Shown piece after piece: positions 12,252-23,774 of a stretch of DNA of 64,000 nucleotides (its first letter is position 1; every line of letters begins with the position of its first letter). Below the pieces are notes generated by a model that saw only the letters and a list, made by a program, of their open reading frames with translations, did no database searches and was not told the origin of the DNA. This stretch comes from an uncultured Phycisphaerales bacterium (GTDB lineage: Bacteria; Planctomycetota; Phycisphaerae; Tepidisphaerales; Tepidisphaeraceae): positions 1-64,000 of the forward strand of contig CAWJPJ010000006.1 in NCBI GenBank assembly GCA_963844715.1. The letters are read 5' to 3'. Made by a program: the position numbers and the translations under genes.

Positions 12252-15200
12252 ATGAAGCGCATCCCCGACGACGAGATTGAGCGGTTGAAGCGTGAGACGG
12301 ACCTGGCGGCGCTGGTGCGGGCGTCGGGGGTGGAGCTTGCGCCGCACGGGGCGGGCGGGGACCTGATCGGGCGTTGTCCGCTGCATGACGACCGCACGCC
12401 CTCCTTGGTGGTGACCGCATCGAAGGGGCTGTGGCACTGCCTGGGGGCGTGCGGCGTCGGGGGCAGCGCGATCGACTGGATCATGCGGACGCGCAAGACG
12501 GGGTTCCGCTACGCCATCGAAATCCTTCGGGAGATTAACGGCGCGGGCGCTGTCGCCGGCGGTGAGCCTGGTCGAACCGGGGGGACGGCGCCCGCGCCTT
12601 CTTCTTTGCCCAGGAGATTGCCCGCGCCGATCGCGTTCGACGCCGACGATCACCAGCTCATGCTGGAAGTGATCGAGTATTACCACAAGTGCTTGAAGCA
12701 GACGCCGGCGGCGCTGGCGTACCTGCAAAAGCGCGGGATCGGCAGCAGCGAAGCCGTCGAGCATTTTAGGATCGGCTTCGCGGACCGCACCCTGGGCCTG
12801 CGTCTTCCCAACAAGCAGGCGCAAGGCGGGAGCGGAGATCCGCGAGCGGTTGGAAAAGCTCGGCCTGTACCGGGACACCGGCCGCGAGCACTTCAACGGC
12901 TGCGTGGTGTTCCCGATCATCGACCCTCAAAGCGGCCGCGTGACGGAAATGTACGGGCGGAAGATCGGCCCGCAGTTCCGGGGCCTGCCGATTCATCTGT
13001 ACCTGCGCGGGGAGCACAAGGGGGTGTGGAACGAAAGCGCCCTGGCGGCGTGCGAGGAAGTGATCTTGTGCGAGTCGATCATCGACGCCTTGACGTTCTG
13101 GTGCGCGGGGATGCGCAACGTGACGTGCAGCTACGGGGTGCACGGCTTCACCGCCGATCACCTGGCCGCGTTCAAGCGGCACGGGATCAAGCGGGTTCTG
13201 ATCGCGTATGACCGTGACGACGCCGGCGAGAACGCCGCGGCGAAACTCTGGCCGCGACTGACGGCCGAGGGGATCGAGTGCTTCGGGGTGCAGTTCCCCA
13301 AGGGGATGGACGCCAACGAATACGCGCTGAAGCTCCTGCCGGCGAGCAAGAGTCTGGACCTGGTGGTGAGGCAAGCGCTGTGGCTCGGTAATCCCGGCGC
13401 GCCGGGATCGCGGCCGTCGCCGGCGATGACGGCGGAGATACAAGAGGCGGCTAAAGAAAAAAGTGAAGGGGCAGCGCCGGCGTTGTCGTCGTCATCGGAT
13501 GCGCTCGAGCCTTTGCCTTCCGATCCTCCAACATCCGCGCCGCCGGCGTCGTCACTTGATGCAACGAACGAAATGACCGAAGAAGAAACAACGGGTACGC
13601 CGGCGTCACACGATCACACGCCGGCGTGCTCACTCTCTGTTGATCCCGCGCCGTTGCCGGCGTTTGTTCCAGCCGCGGCCGTTCCCGCGCGCCGCCGGCG
13701 TTCCCGCCCCTGCCTTCCTCTTTAGCTGCTGATCCTGGCTTGCTCGATGCGCCGGAGTCTGAGCCGCCGGCGGCATCGCCGTTGCCGCGTGCTTCCGCGC
13801 CGCCGGAGGTGCCGGCGGAGGTCAAGGAACAGGAAATCATCATCACGCTGGAAGGCCGGCGTTACCGCATCCGGGGCATGAGCAAGAACCTGGGCTTTGA
13901 CGCGCTGAAGGTGAACGTGCTGGCCAGTTGCGGGGAACTGATGCACGTGGACACATTGGACCTGTACGCTCACCGCTCGCGCAAGCAGTTCGCGGCGGAC
14001 GCGGCGCGGGAGCTTCGGCTGGAGGAAACCTTGCTGCGCCACGACCTGGGCAAGGTGCTGCTCAAGCTGGAGGAGTTGCAGGAGAAGCAGATCGCCGAGG
14101 CCACCAAGCCGAAGGAAAAGACGGTGAAGATCACCGATGCGCAGGCGCGACGCGGCGCTGGAGCTTCTTAAATCGCCCGATCTGCTGGACCGCATCCTGG
14201 CCGACTTTGAGCGCTGCGGCGTGGTGGGCGAAGCCACCAACAAGCTGACGGGGTATCTGGCCGCCACGAGCCGCAAGCTGGAGCAACCGCTGGCGGTCGT
14301 GCTGCAATCCAGCAGCGCCGCCGGCAAATCCTCCCTGATGGAGGCGGTGCTGGCGATGCTGCCGCCGGAGGAAGTGACCAAGTTCAGCGCCATGACCGGG
14401 CAATCGCTGTTCTACATGCAGGGGTCGGACCTGCGCCACAAGGTGCTGGCGATTGTCGAGGAGGAAGGGGCGGAGCGCGCCAGCTACGCATTGAAGCTGC
14501 TGCAATCCGAGGGCGAGTTGACCATCGCCTCCACCGGTAAGGACCCGCAGACGGGCCGGCTCGTCACCCAGGAGTACCGTGTCGAGGGTCCGGTGATGAT
14601 CTTCCTGACGACGACGGCGGCGGAGATTGACGAGGAGTTATTAAACCGCTGCCTGGTGCTGAGCGTGAGCGAGGATCGCGAGCAGACGCGGGCCATTCAC
14701 ATCATGCAGCGCAAGCGCCAGACCTTGGCCGGCCTTCTGGAACAGCGGGAGCGCGCGGCGGTGCTCGCGGTGCACCGGGACGCGCAGCGGCTTTTGTATC
14801 CGGTGCTGGTGGCCAATCCCTTCGCGGACCGGCTGACGTTCCTGGACAGCCGCACGCGCAGCCGGCGGGACCATGTGAAATACCTGACGCTCATTCGCAC
14901 GGTCGCGCTCCTGCACCAGCACCAGCGGGAGCACAAGACGGTGGAGCATCCGCCGGCGTCGGGGCAGTTCGTGGAGTACATCGAGGTCACGCCGGGGGAC
15001 ATCGCCATCGCCAATCGGCTGACGCATGAAGTCCTGGGGCGCTCACTCGATGAGCTGGCCCCGCAGACCCGGCGCTTGTTGGTCATGCTCGATCAGCACG
15101 TCATGGGCGAGTGCCAGCGGCGGAAGATGCCGCGGAGTGATTACCGCTTCACGCGGCGGCAGGTGCGCACGTTCGCCGGCTGGACGGACTTCGTGGTGCG

Positions 15201-15649
15201 GACGCACCTGCAAAAGCTGGTGGACCTGGAGTACGTGCTGGTGCATCGCGGCGGGCGCGGTCAGTCGTTCGTGTACGAGCTTCTTTACGGCGGGGAAGGG
15301 ACTGACGGCAAACCGTTCGCCCTGGGCCTGATCGATCCCGACAGCCTGGGAAACTCCGCTTACGTTGAAAAGTTCGAGCATCAAAACAGCCGGTTCGAGG
15401 GGGGTTCGAGCCTCCATAGTGCCCCCATTGAGCCGGGTTCGTGCGCACGAAAGCGCCGAATCTCCCGGCAATCACGGGCCGGAATCCACGTCCAGCGCGG
15501 AAGCGGTCAAAATCGCGCCTCGGGAGACGCTTTCGGACGGCGCGCATCGTACCGATACATCAACGTACCCACCTTCTTCTTTAGCCGCCTCGACAAGCTC
15601 GGGACAGGCCGCCGATTCCAACGGCCAGGAGGTGGATCATGCCGCGTAG
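12252..15649 (+). CDS. CHC2 zinc finger-Toprim primase fused to AAA+/P-loop ATPase (frameshifted in assembly)
   Basis: [10 protein letters not shown]...WHCLGAC (CHC2); LCESIID and AYDRDDAG (Toprim); Pro/Ala linker; QSSSAAGKS (Walker A), LAIVEEE (Walker B), DEELLNR. Breaks differ from copy 2. Confidence 0.82.
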
Positions 15650-16917
15650 AGGCTGGCATCCCGGGCCAAGGGCGATCATCGGCGATCCCACCGACCCGCG
15701 CGGCATGGCCGCGCTGCGCGACCAATACCTGGACCACATGGCGGTGCTCAACTTCGCGCCCGACACCATCTACGTGCGGCGGGTCTACCTCAACTTCTTC
15801 GTCAAGTGGTGCCAGGAGCGCTCGGTCGTGCGCCCGGCGAAGTCACCAAGCCGATTGTGGACCGCTACCAGCGCTGGATGTATCAGTTCCGTTCTCCCAA
15901 GGGCAAGCCGCTGAGCTTCACCAGTCAGAACGGACGGCTGGCGGCGGTCAAGGCGTGGTTCCGCTGGCTGACGCGCTTCAACCATATCCTCTCCAACCCG
16001 GCATCCGATGTGGACCTTCCGCGCGTGGACCGCAAGCTGCCGCGTCACGTGCTGACGGCCAGCGAGGTCGATCAAATCCTCAACGGCACGGAGATCAAGG
16101 ACCTGCGCGGCTGAGGGACCGGGCCTTTTTGGAGACGCTCTACTCGACGGGATTGCGGCGGCGGGAGATGGTGAACCTGAGCATCTATGACGTGGACATG
16201 GAGCGCGGGACGGTGCTGGTGCGCAAGGGGAAGAACCGCAAGGACCGGATCGTTCCCATCGGCCAGCGCGCCATCCTGTGGCTGAGCAAGTACCTGTCCG
16301 AAGCGCGGCCGCAGTTGGCCCCCAACCGGGAGGAAGCCTTGTTCGTGACGCAGATCGGCGATCCGTTCACGGCCAACAGCGCCACGCAGCTTGCCCGTCA
16401 GTACGTGGAGAAAGCCAAGCTCCCCAGCGGCAAGCGCGGGGCGTGTCACCTGTTCCGCCACACGATGGCGACCTTGATGCTGGAAGGGGGCGCGGACGTG
16501 CGCTACGTGCAGGCGATGCTCGGCCACGCGGACATCAGCTCGACGCAGATTTACACGCACGTCGGCATCCGCACGCTCCAGCAGGTGCACGCGATCACGC
16601 ATCCGGCGGGCCTGGTCAAACGTCCGTCCAGCATCGGCGTTGCGGGCAATGTGTTGCCCGCTTACGGCGCCAACGAGGGATCGGACCTGCCGGACGTGCT
16701 GGTGGAAGATCCCGCGTGCCGGCGCGGGTTGAGGGAGGATCAACCGCTGCCGCGACCTGGGCGCGCGCCGCCGGTGAACGGGAACGCCGCCGATCTGGCT
16801 GACTTCCTGGCTCGTGATGATGACGATGACACCCTCGACGAGCTCGGGGCAGGCGACACCGGGGAAGCGGCCGGCGGCGCGGAAGTCGCGGCTTTTGGGC
16901 GCGCTGATGACGGCTGA
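15639..16917 (+). CDS. XerC/D-like tyrosine recombinase (frameshifted in assembly)
   Basis: RDRAFLETLYSTGLRRRE, VRKGK, HLFRH, LGHADISSTQIYTHV; start overlaps the primase stop. Confidence 0.88.
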
Positions 16918-17610
16918 TAGCGCCAACTTCCGAGCCGGCGCGGGGTTGCGTGGATCGACTATCAGCCGCGAAGCGGGCTATGAGCCGCAAGCTCCACTCG
17001 CTCGATCACTTACCGCCGCGGCTGATAGCCGCCTTTATCTTGCTCTACAACCTGACCCACTGGAAACCCACTGGGTCGCGGTTTTGGGCTAACTTCCCGC
17101 TCCGGTGGGACTTGCGAATCCCGCCGCCGCCGCGCAAGGTGCAAACACCTTGCCTCTCAAGGTCATAGGTTGCGCCAGGTCATGGCGGGACAGGGAGTTA
17201 CAAAAAGCGCACCTTGGTTCCTTTTACCTTGCCCTCACCCTTCAAACCTTCCTTCTTCTTCTTTTAGCTGCTGATTCAAACCCTCCGCTGTGCGCTGATC
17301 CGTCGTCGATCTGCGCGCTTCTCGTGCGCAGGCAGCCGCTATCCCACCCTCCTTAGCCGCCTCGTGGAGCGCACGTCTGCGCCGATCCTGCACACTGACG
17401 ACAGCTTGGGCGGCTAAAAAGGAAAGCTGTTGGAGCGCCGGATGCGCGGGTAAGATGCTCTCCCGACGTGCACGGCTGCGCCAACATCATCCTCCCTGGC
17501 CGTCGCCAGTTAAGCCGAAACCTGCCTCAAGGCGCGCAACGATCTGCGCGCCGATCGCGCCGGCAAAGTCGATCCTGTAACCGTTGGAAGGCATCGGGAT
17601 TGCGCGTTGG

Positions 17611-17638
17611 CTTGTTCCCGAATCGCATCGGACTCAAC
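17611..17638 (+). other. Putative recombinase site at the element right end (11-6-11 imperfect inverted repeat); identical at 29773-29800
   Basis: CTTGTTCCCGA-ATCGCA-TCGGACTCAAC, 7/11 dyad symmetry. Identity between copies stops 2 bp after it. Confidence 0.55.
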
Positions 17639-17722
17639 TAGTATTCCATGAGCAAACTTCTCCTGGGTTAAATTCTCCGGGAGTGTCGAGACCCGTTGGA
17701 CTTTTTTTGCGGGAGGTTTGCC

Positions 17723-18863
17723 ATGGTATTCGTTGGACTGGATACGCATCACGAAACGTCGACCTGTTGCGTGCTGGATGATCGAGGCCAGCGACTGGAG
17801 GGTCGGACGATCAAGGGTTCTTGGACGGAAACGGCTCGGTATCTTCAGGCGTTGCAACAGCGTGATGGCCGGCCGATGGCCGTCTGCTATGAGGCGTCGT
17901 GCGGTTACGGCGCGTTGCACGATCACCTGCGGACGTTCTGCCAGCAGGTGGTGGTGGCGCATCCTGGCCGGGTGCGATTGATCAGCCGATCCAAGCGGAA
18001 GAATGATCGGGTTGACGCCCAGAAGCTGGCCAAGCTGCTGTATCTGGACGAGGTTCCGCAGGTGCATGTTCCATCGGCCGAGGTTCGTTCGTGGCGGGAG
18101 TTGATCGAGCTGCGTCGTCGCCAGGTGCAGACGCGCACCCGGGTGCAAAGCCGGATTCGCGCGTTGCTGCGGACGTACAACGTGTGCATTCCCAAGCGGG
18201 GAAAGCCCTGAGACGCCGGAGGTGAAGCCTGCCGTCGCGGCGAGTGAAGCGTGCGCGCCGTTTAAGATTCTGTGGACGAACCGGGGCCACCGCTGGCTCA
18301 AGTTGCTGCAATGGCCGACGCCGGCGGTGTCGTTGCGGTGTGAATTGCTGGTGGAGGAACTGGAGCAGACGGAACGGGCCATCAAGCGGGTGACGGCGGA
18401 GTTGGACAAGCTGGCGGCCGGAAACGCCGGCGTGCAATTGCTGTGCACGATCCCTGGGGTCGGCTGTCGGACCGCCGAGGCGGTGGTGGCATATCTGGAC
18501 GATCCAGATCGTTTTGCCCGATCCAACCGGGTGGGATCGTACGCGGGTCTGGTGCCGTGCCAGGACAGTTCCGGGGGCACCGATCGACTGGGCCATATCA
18601 CCAAGGAGGGCCCGGCAACGATGCGCTGGCTGCTGGTGCAATCGGCCTGGCAGGTGGTGCGGCGCGAGCCCTTCATGCGGGCATACTTCAATCGCGTTGC
18701 CGGCGGGCAGAAGGAAAATCATAAGAAAGCTTTGATCGCCACGGCGCATAAGCTGCTGCGTTGCATGCATTCGATGCTGCGAACGGGCGAGGTGTGGAAT
18801 CCGCTGAAGGACGATGCCGCGAACGAGGCGAAGTCCGCCGCGACGGAAGAGAAGAGCGGCTAA
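17723..18863 (+). CDS. IS110 family transposase (split near 18210)
   Basis: MVFVGLDTHH, YEASCG, KNDRVDA, TIPGVG, SYAGLVP, HITKEG. Confidence 0.88.
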
Positions 18864-19109
18864 AGGAAAAAGATGGACCCTTGTAGGCGTCGGTAAGCGC
18901 CGATGATCGAGATGGGCACGGGATTGATAACCGGACTCCGCGGCAAGGCATGGGACCATACCCAGGATCCCGATACCTTGAATGGAGCCGGTTCGGATCA
19001 CGAAGAGTGGCACGCCGTCGATGAATGTTTTGACGGATGATGCCGGATAGATGCGTGGAACATCCCGAGCCTGAATCTCGTCCCCGTCTTGACACGGTTT
19101 GCTCATAGA
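18864..19109 (+). ncRNA. Predicted bridge/seekRNA region of IS element B
   Basis: TACCTTG (18974-80) equals the empty-target half at 17225-31 and 29387-93; AAGGCA (18945-50) is complementary to flank TGCCTT; ATAGATG (19047-53) equals the IS end plus core. Confidence 0.65.
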
Positions 19110-19553
19110 TGCCTTCATTCCTCAAATCTTCTCTTTCTTCTTTTAGCTGCTAATCCAAGCCATCCGCTGCGCACCTGGTTGCCGCCGATCGCGTGATTCT
19201 GGTGGCCGGGAATGATCCCCGACGTTGCGCATGTGCGTGCGCGAACAGCAGCTATCCCACCCTGAGCCGCCTGATGGAACGCATGTCTGTTTGCACTGAT
19301 CATGCACACCGACGGCAGCCTGGGCGGCTAAAGAGGAAAGCTGTTGGAGGTGCTGGATGCGCGGGTAAGATGCTCTGCCGACGTGCACGATTGAGCCAAC
19401 ATCATCGCCCCTGGCCGTCGCCGGTTAAGCCAAAACTCGCCTCTGTGCGCTTCTCGATCCGTGCGCACCTGCGACGGCAAATCGATCCCGTAAGCTTCGA
19501 CGCGTGTCGGGCTTGCGCATCGGGAAGGATAAAACACGCGTCGGAATCAACTA
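19110..19553 (+). mobile_element. Diverged right-end remnant of the primase/recombinase element
   Basis: Aligns by eye along its length with 17230-17640 (e.g. GGATGCGCGGGTAAGATGCTCT) and ends in TCGGAATCAACTA. Confidence 0.85.
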
Positions 19554-21053
19554 TCCATACACATATGATCTCGATGGCAACCGTTTGACGGATGTCCACA
19601 CCGGTCCCGGCAACGGCGCCAGCGGAACCACCACGTACACCTATAATGCCAACGACGAACTGACCCAGTCGGTCGCCAATGGCGTGACCACAGCCTATGG
19701 CTACGACAACAATGGCAGCCAAATCAGCGTGACCGTCGGTGGCACCACGACGCAGACCGACTTCTACGACGTCCGGAACCGCCTTGAGAAAGTCGTGGAT
19801 AGCTTCGGAACGACGACTTATGTGTATGACGATGCGGGAAACCGGGTACAGGAGACTACCAACGGCACAACGACGTATTACCTCATCGACGATCACAACC
19901 CGACGGGATATTCCAAGCCAATCGAGGTGCGTGTCGGTTCTCTGACAGGTAACCCAACAACGACGTACATCCTCTCGGATCGGGTTTTAGCGCAGGCTAA
20001 CAGTTCGGGCGCGGTGAGTTACCTCGTCATCGATGGATTGGACAACACTCGCGCCTTGGTCAACTCGTCGGGCACGGTGACGGCGGTTTTCAATTACGAT
20101 CCTTTTGGCGACGTGGTGGGTGCGACCTACACGTTTTCGAGCCCGCCAGCGACCTATATCCTTTTCCAGCAGACCATGTTCGATCCCGCATCAGGGTTAA
20201 ACATCTTCGGCGACGGGCGCGAGAAGAGCAGCCTGGTGAGGACAATTTCATCGAGGCCGACTCGCCCGGTTACAGCAGCAACCAGAATCCGATCACGCTG
20301 AATACGTATCTGCTGGATGGCGCGGACACCATCAACATGATCGATCCGAGCGGACACGACTTTGGTCTAGGCGACATCTTATTGTCTGCCGGCATTGACT
20401 CTGAATTGAATTCAATTGAGTTCACCGGCTTCTCGGCAGCCTTCAAAACGGTGCAGGGCGTTGAGGAAGGAGAAAATGCCAATCAGATTTTTGAAGGCTT
20501 CCTGATCGATCAAGCAGTAGGGGCAGCTATCGGGCTCGGTGCAGGATTGGCGCTTGGGGCATTCGGGGCATTAAGAAACGGAGTTGACCTAGGCGCTTTC
20601 TTCGATGACATCTCATCCGTTTTCTCCTCGTCGGAGCAAGTGGCGACTCTTAGTGCAACGGATGTCGGAGACGTCTTGCGCGTACGGAAAGCCGGGCACA
20701 GTTGGCATTCAAGTAGCGGGCAGAATAACGCCTGAAGGGATGGCATCACTTACGATTCAGAACAATGTGGAATATGCATTGGTATACAAAGCTGGTTCTG
20801 GGCCCAATGGGGCTGGAGGCACATACATCCTATATTCAGGAACAAAGAATAGTGTAAGTGTGCCGGTGGCATCAGATAGCTTTTTGATTTACCATACTCA
20901 TCCGCAGGGGAGCCCAGCTGCAAGTGACGCAGACCAAGCTGTCTTGCAGGCGTTGCGGTTGAGCGGATCCCCCCATGCTCGTCCCAGATAATCCCAATTG
21001 GCGGACAACCTTTTTCTTTCACCGAGACGATTTATAATAAATCTCGGAGTTAA
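19552..21053 (+). CDS. Orphan Rhs cassette 1 with JAB/MPN-motif toxin (5'-truncated, frameshifted)
   Basis: Begins YPYTYDLDGNR; DPSGHD; tip VEYALVY...HTHPQGSPAASDAD. Pieces 19504-20301, 20337-20735, 20605-20991. Confidence 0.75.
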
Positions 21054-21056
21054 ATT

Positions 21057-21283
21057 ATGACTGCCGAAGTGCAACGAGAATTTGAATCACTATGGACCAC
21101 CGAGAGGTGCACTACGGCATTATCGGTGCCGTGGTCCTGATTTTCGCGATAATCAACTACTTATCGTGAACAAAAAAACAAAAATGGCAACAATCATTGA
21201 GAATAATGAAATATATACGGAGGTCATTGGGAAAAATGCGCGAAGCGGGAGTTCCGATAGTTTACACAATGCCGAACGAGTGA
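21057..21283 (+). CDS. Putative immunity protein of cassette 1 (frameshifted)
   Basis: Small AT-rich ORF directly after the toxin; reconstructed MTAEVQREFESLW...KMREAGVPIVYTMPNE. Confidence 0.5.
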
Positions 21284-21392
21284 TCAGTATGAGGAAGTAA
21301 GGATATAAAAGAAGGACATAAGAGGGTCATGTCCAGAAGTAACCACTGATTACGCAAGCTAAGCGGTGTGGTGATATGCGGATGTAACTAGT

Positions 21393-23231
21393 ATGCAACT
21401 CGACGAAAACGCCGCCACCGATTCCTACGACGCCAACGGCAACAAGGTCTATGAATCCGATCCCAACGGCGATATCACCACGTATGGCTACTCTGACAAT
21501 CGTCTAACAAGTGAGACCGTCAAGAAAGGAAGCAACACGCTTTATAGCGTCAGTTACATCCTCAACGCCGACGGCACCAGAAAGTCCGACTCTGAGACTG
21601 AGTTACAGCCCGGCGGGACCACGGCGACCCTATCTACGACATGGACGTATGACGCTTTGGACCGGCTGACGGGGGAGACGATCACCAGCAGCTTGTCGGG
21701 TGGAAGCCAGACCGAGACCTGGTCGTACGATATGGACGGCAACCGGGTGAAGCAGGTCAAGGTCGCCGGCGGCGTGACCGACACCACGACTTACACGTAC
21801 AACGGCGACGACCAGATGACCCAGCAGGTGGACAGTTCCGCCGGGACCACCACGTTCGGGTATGACGCCAACGGCAGCCAGACCAGCAGCACCAACGGCA
21901 GCACCGTCACGACGTACGCGTACAATGTGCGCAACCAGCTCAGCAGCGTCACGACCGGCGGCGTGACGACCAGTTACCAATATGATGACTCCGGCAACCG
22001 GGTGAGCGAGACGACCGGCGGCACGACGACCTACTACCTGATCGACGCCAACAACCCCACCGGCTATCCCAAGCCGATCGAGCAGTGGGTCAGCACGACG
22101 GGCAGCAGGTCCACCGCCACGTTGAGCATGAGCTACATCATCGGCGATCGGGTGCTGGCGCAGGCGAACAGCAGCGGCGCGGTGAGCTACCTGCTGGTCG
22201 ATGGCCAGGACAACACGCGGGCGCTGGTCAACTCGTCGGGCGCGGTGACGGCGGTGTTCAACTATGACGCCTTCGGCAACCCCATCGGCTCGTGGAGTCT
22301 GACCACCGCGCCGACGACGATCCTGTTCCAGCAGACGATGGTTGACCCGGCTTCGGGATTGAACTTCGACGGGGGTCGTGAGGAAAAGATCGGGCAGGAC
22401 AACTTCATCGAAGCCGATCCGCCAAGTTACAGCAGCAACCAGAATCCGATCACGCTCAACTCGCACCTGCTGGACAATGCCGACGCAATCAACGTCATCG
22501 ATCCGAGCGGGCATGACGGACTCGATGAGCTTTTGGTCGGGCTTGGTGTTGCCACTGAAATAGGATTGGCGATTCTAAATAGCGCGGTTGTGACATCGCT
22601 GGTGCAGGCGGTGGCGACCGTTTCGCTGATCGAATTCGCGATCAATCCGGACTTCCAACAAAGCATCATTGCCGCAACCGGCGGCGATCTTACGAATTTG
22701 ACCGAGGTATTTGCGGGAGGCGTCAGCTATTTTGCGAATCTGGGAACAGTTGGGCAAACGGAGGCCGAGAGTACCGCGGCATTCGTGTCTAGTTTTGCTC
22801 CGGCGGCTGCTCGGGGATCGGACGCCGTGGTGCTCGACGTCGCGGCGATGCGGAACTTCTTCCTTGCTCGCGGACTGTCCACGGAGGCGGCAGATGGCTT
22901 TGCAAGCTCATTTAGCAATGGGATGGGCGTCTTGCGCGAGGTCAAAGCGGGCGAAACTTTCCTTCGATATTCCGACGAAGCAGGTAATGCCGTGGGAAGC
23001 TTCCTGACCAAAACTGCATATCCGACGCCGTCACAAGCGGTAGGTGCGTTAAACCTGGAGGACTTTAACAACGGAGCAACGCTGGTTCAGCAGGTAACGG
23101 CCACTCAGGATACGTATGTTTTGGAAGGCGGAGTTGCGGGTAGTGATTCGAACGCATACCAGGCAATTGCCGTTGACCAGAGCGCGTTCACCTATGGCCC
23201 GAGAGTCCCCACTGGGAGCAATCCGCCATGA
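21393..23231 (+). CDS. Orphan Rhs cassette 2, possible TNT/ART-like toxin
   Basis: Core from 21540 is near-identical to main gene 7757-~8690; DPSGHD; tip FLRYS...GSFLT...LNL...VLEGGVAG...YQ. Confidence 0.8.
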   Translation: MQLDENAATDSYDANGNKVYESDPNGDITTYGYSDNRLTSETVKKGSNTLYSVSYILNADGTRKSDSETELQPGGTTATLSTTWTYDALDRLTGETITSSLSGGSQTETWSYDMDGNRVKQVKVAGGVTDTTTYTYNGDDQMTQQVDSSAGTTTFGYDANGSQTSSTNGSTVTTYAYNVRNQLSSVTTGGVTTSYQYDDSGNRVSETTGGTTTYYLIDANNPTGYPKPIEQWVSTTGSRSTATLSMSYIIGDRVLAQANSSGAVSYLLVDGQDNTRALVNSSGAVTAVFNYDAFGNPIGSWSLTTAPTTILFQQTMVDPASGLNFDGGREEKIGQDNFIEADPPSYSSNQNPITLNSHLLDNADAINVIDPSGHDGLDELLVGLGVATEIGLAILNSAVVTSLVQAVATVSLIEFAINPDFQQSIIAATGGDLTNLTEVFAGGVSYFANLGTVGQTEAESTAAFVSSFAPAAARGSDAVVLDVAAMRNFFLARGLSTEAADGFASSFSNGMGVLREVKAGETFLRYSDEAGNAVGSFLTKTAYPTPSQAVGALNLEDFNNGATLVQQVTATQDTYVLEGGVAGSDSNAYQAIAVDQSAFTYGPRVPTGSNPP

Positions 23232-23515
23232 TGAGCGTCGATGCAGTAAAAAATGAAGTTGATGCCATTATTGAGATCCTGTCCCGGCCATTGACGCCTG
23301 AGGATATACGGATGGGATGGAATGACACCTTACGCCAAAGGTGGCATGATTGGTTCGTCCGAATCAAGACGAAGCTTAATGCGAACGTACCTTTTAAGCG
23401 GACCAGCGTTAACGTGACCTACGGCATCGCTTACGCTGGAATCCAAGAAGGTGCTTTATTTGATCGTGCTGCTCGTGTTGGTGCGATGCTAATGGAGATG
23501 GCGAGTCGGCCCTGA
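23228..23515 (+). CDS. Putative immunity protein of cassette 2
   Basis: ATGA overlap with the toxin stop; 95 aa. Confidence 0.7.
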   Translation: MMSVDAVKNEVDAIIEILSRPLTPEDIRMGWNDTLRQRWHDWFVRIKTKLNANVPFKRTSVNVTYGIAYAGIQEGALFDRAARVGAMLMEMASRP

Positions 23516-23774
23516 GACGTGGGCGGCGCTTTCTGTCTGTCACAAGAGGTACTCCCGTCGTCCCTGTAGCTCCGTCGCGTCGGCGTCGGCCCTCGCCCAG
23601 GAGCGCAGCACCGGGGGCCGATGACGAGGCGATGGAGCGCAAGGGCGATGATTCCCTGGTAGCTCCAGAGCGGAGGCGCTGAGGTCCGATATCCAGATCG
23701 CGCGATGCGCCGGCGTGCGCATGTCGATCGCTCAACCCCACTTCTTCTTTAGCTGCGGTTCGAGACGCGTGGAA

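Larger units (their letters stand above)
11486..17640 (+). mobile_element. XRE / primase-ATPase / tyrosine recombinase element, copy 1
   Basis: Colinear and highly similar to 23553-29802. Similarity begins at CTGTAGCTCC and ends at TCGGACTCAACTA. Confidence 0.85.
17642..19109 (+). mobile_element. IS110 family, IS1111 group element B
   Basis: Sub-terminal IR ATGAGCAAAC / GTTTGCTCAT; ~245-bp 3' non-coding region; right end ...GACACGGTTTGCTCATAGA resembles element A. Exact left end uncertain. Confidence 0.88.

Noticed and set aside
14137..16917. 926-aa ATPase-recombinase fusion
   Set aside because: Produced by indels; the middle is out of frame, and copy 2 shows separate overlapping genes.
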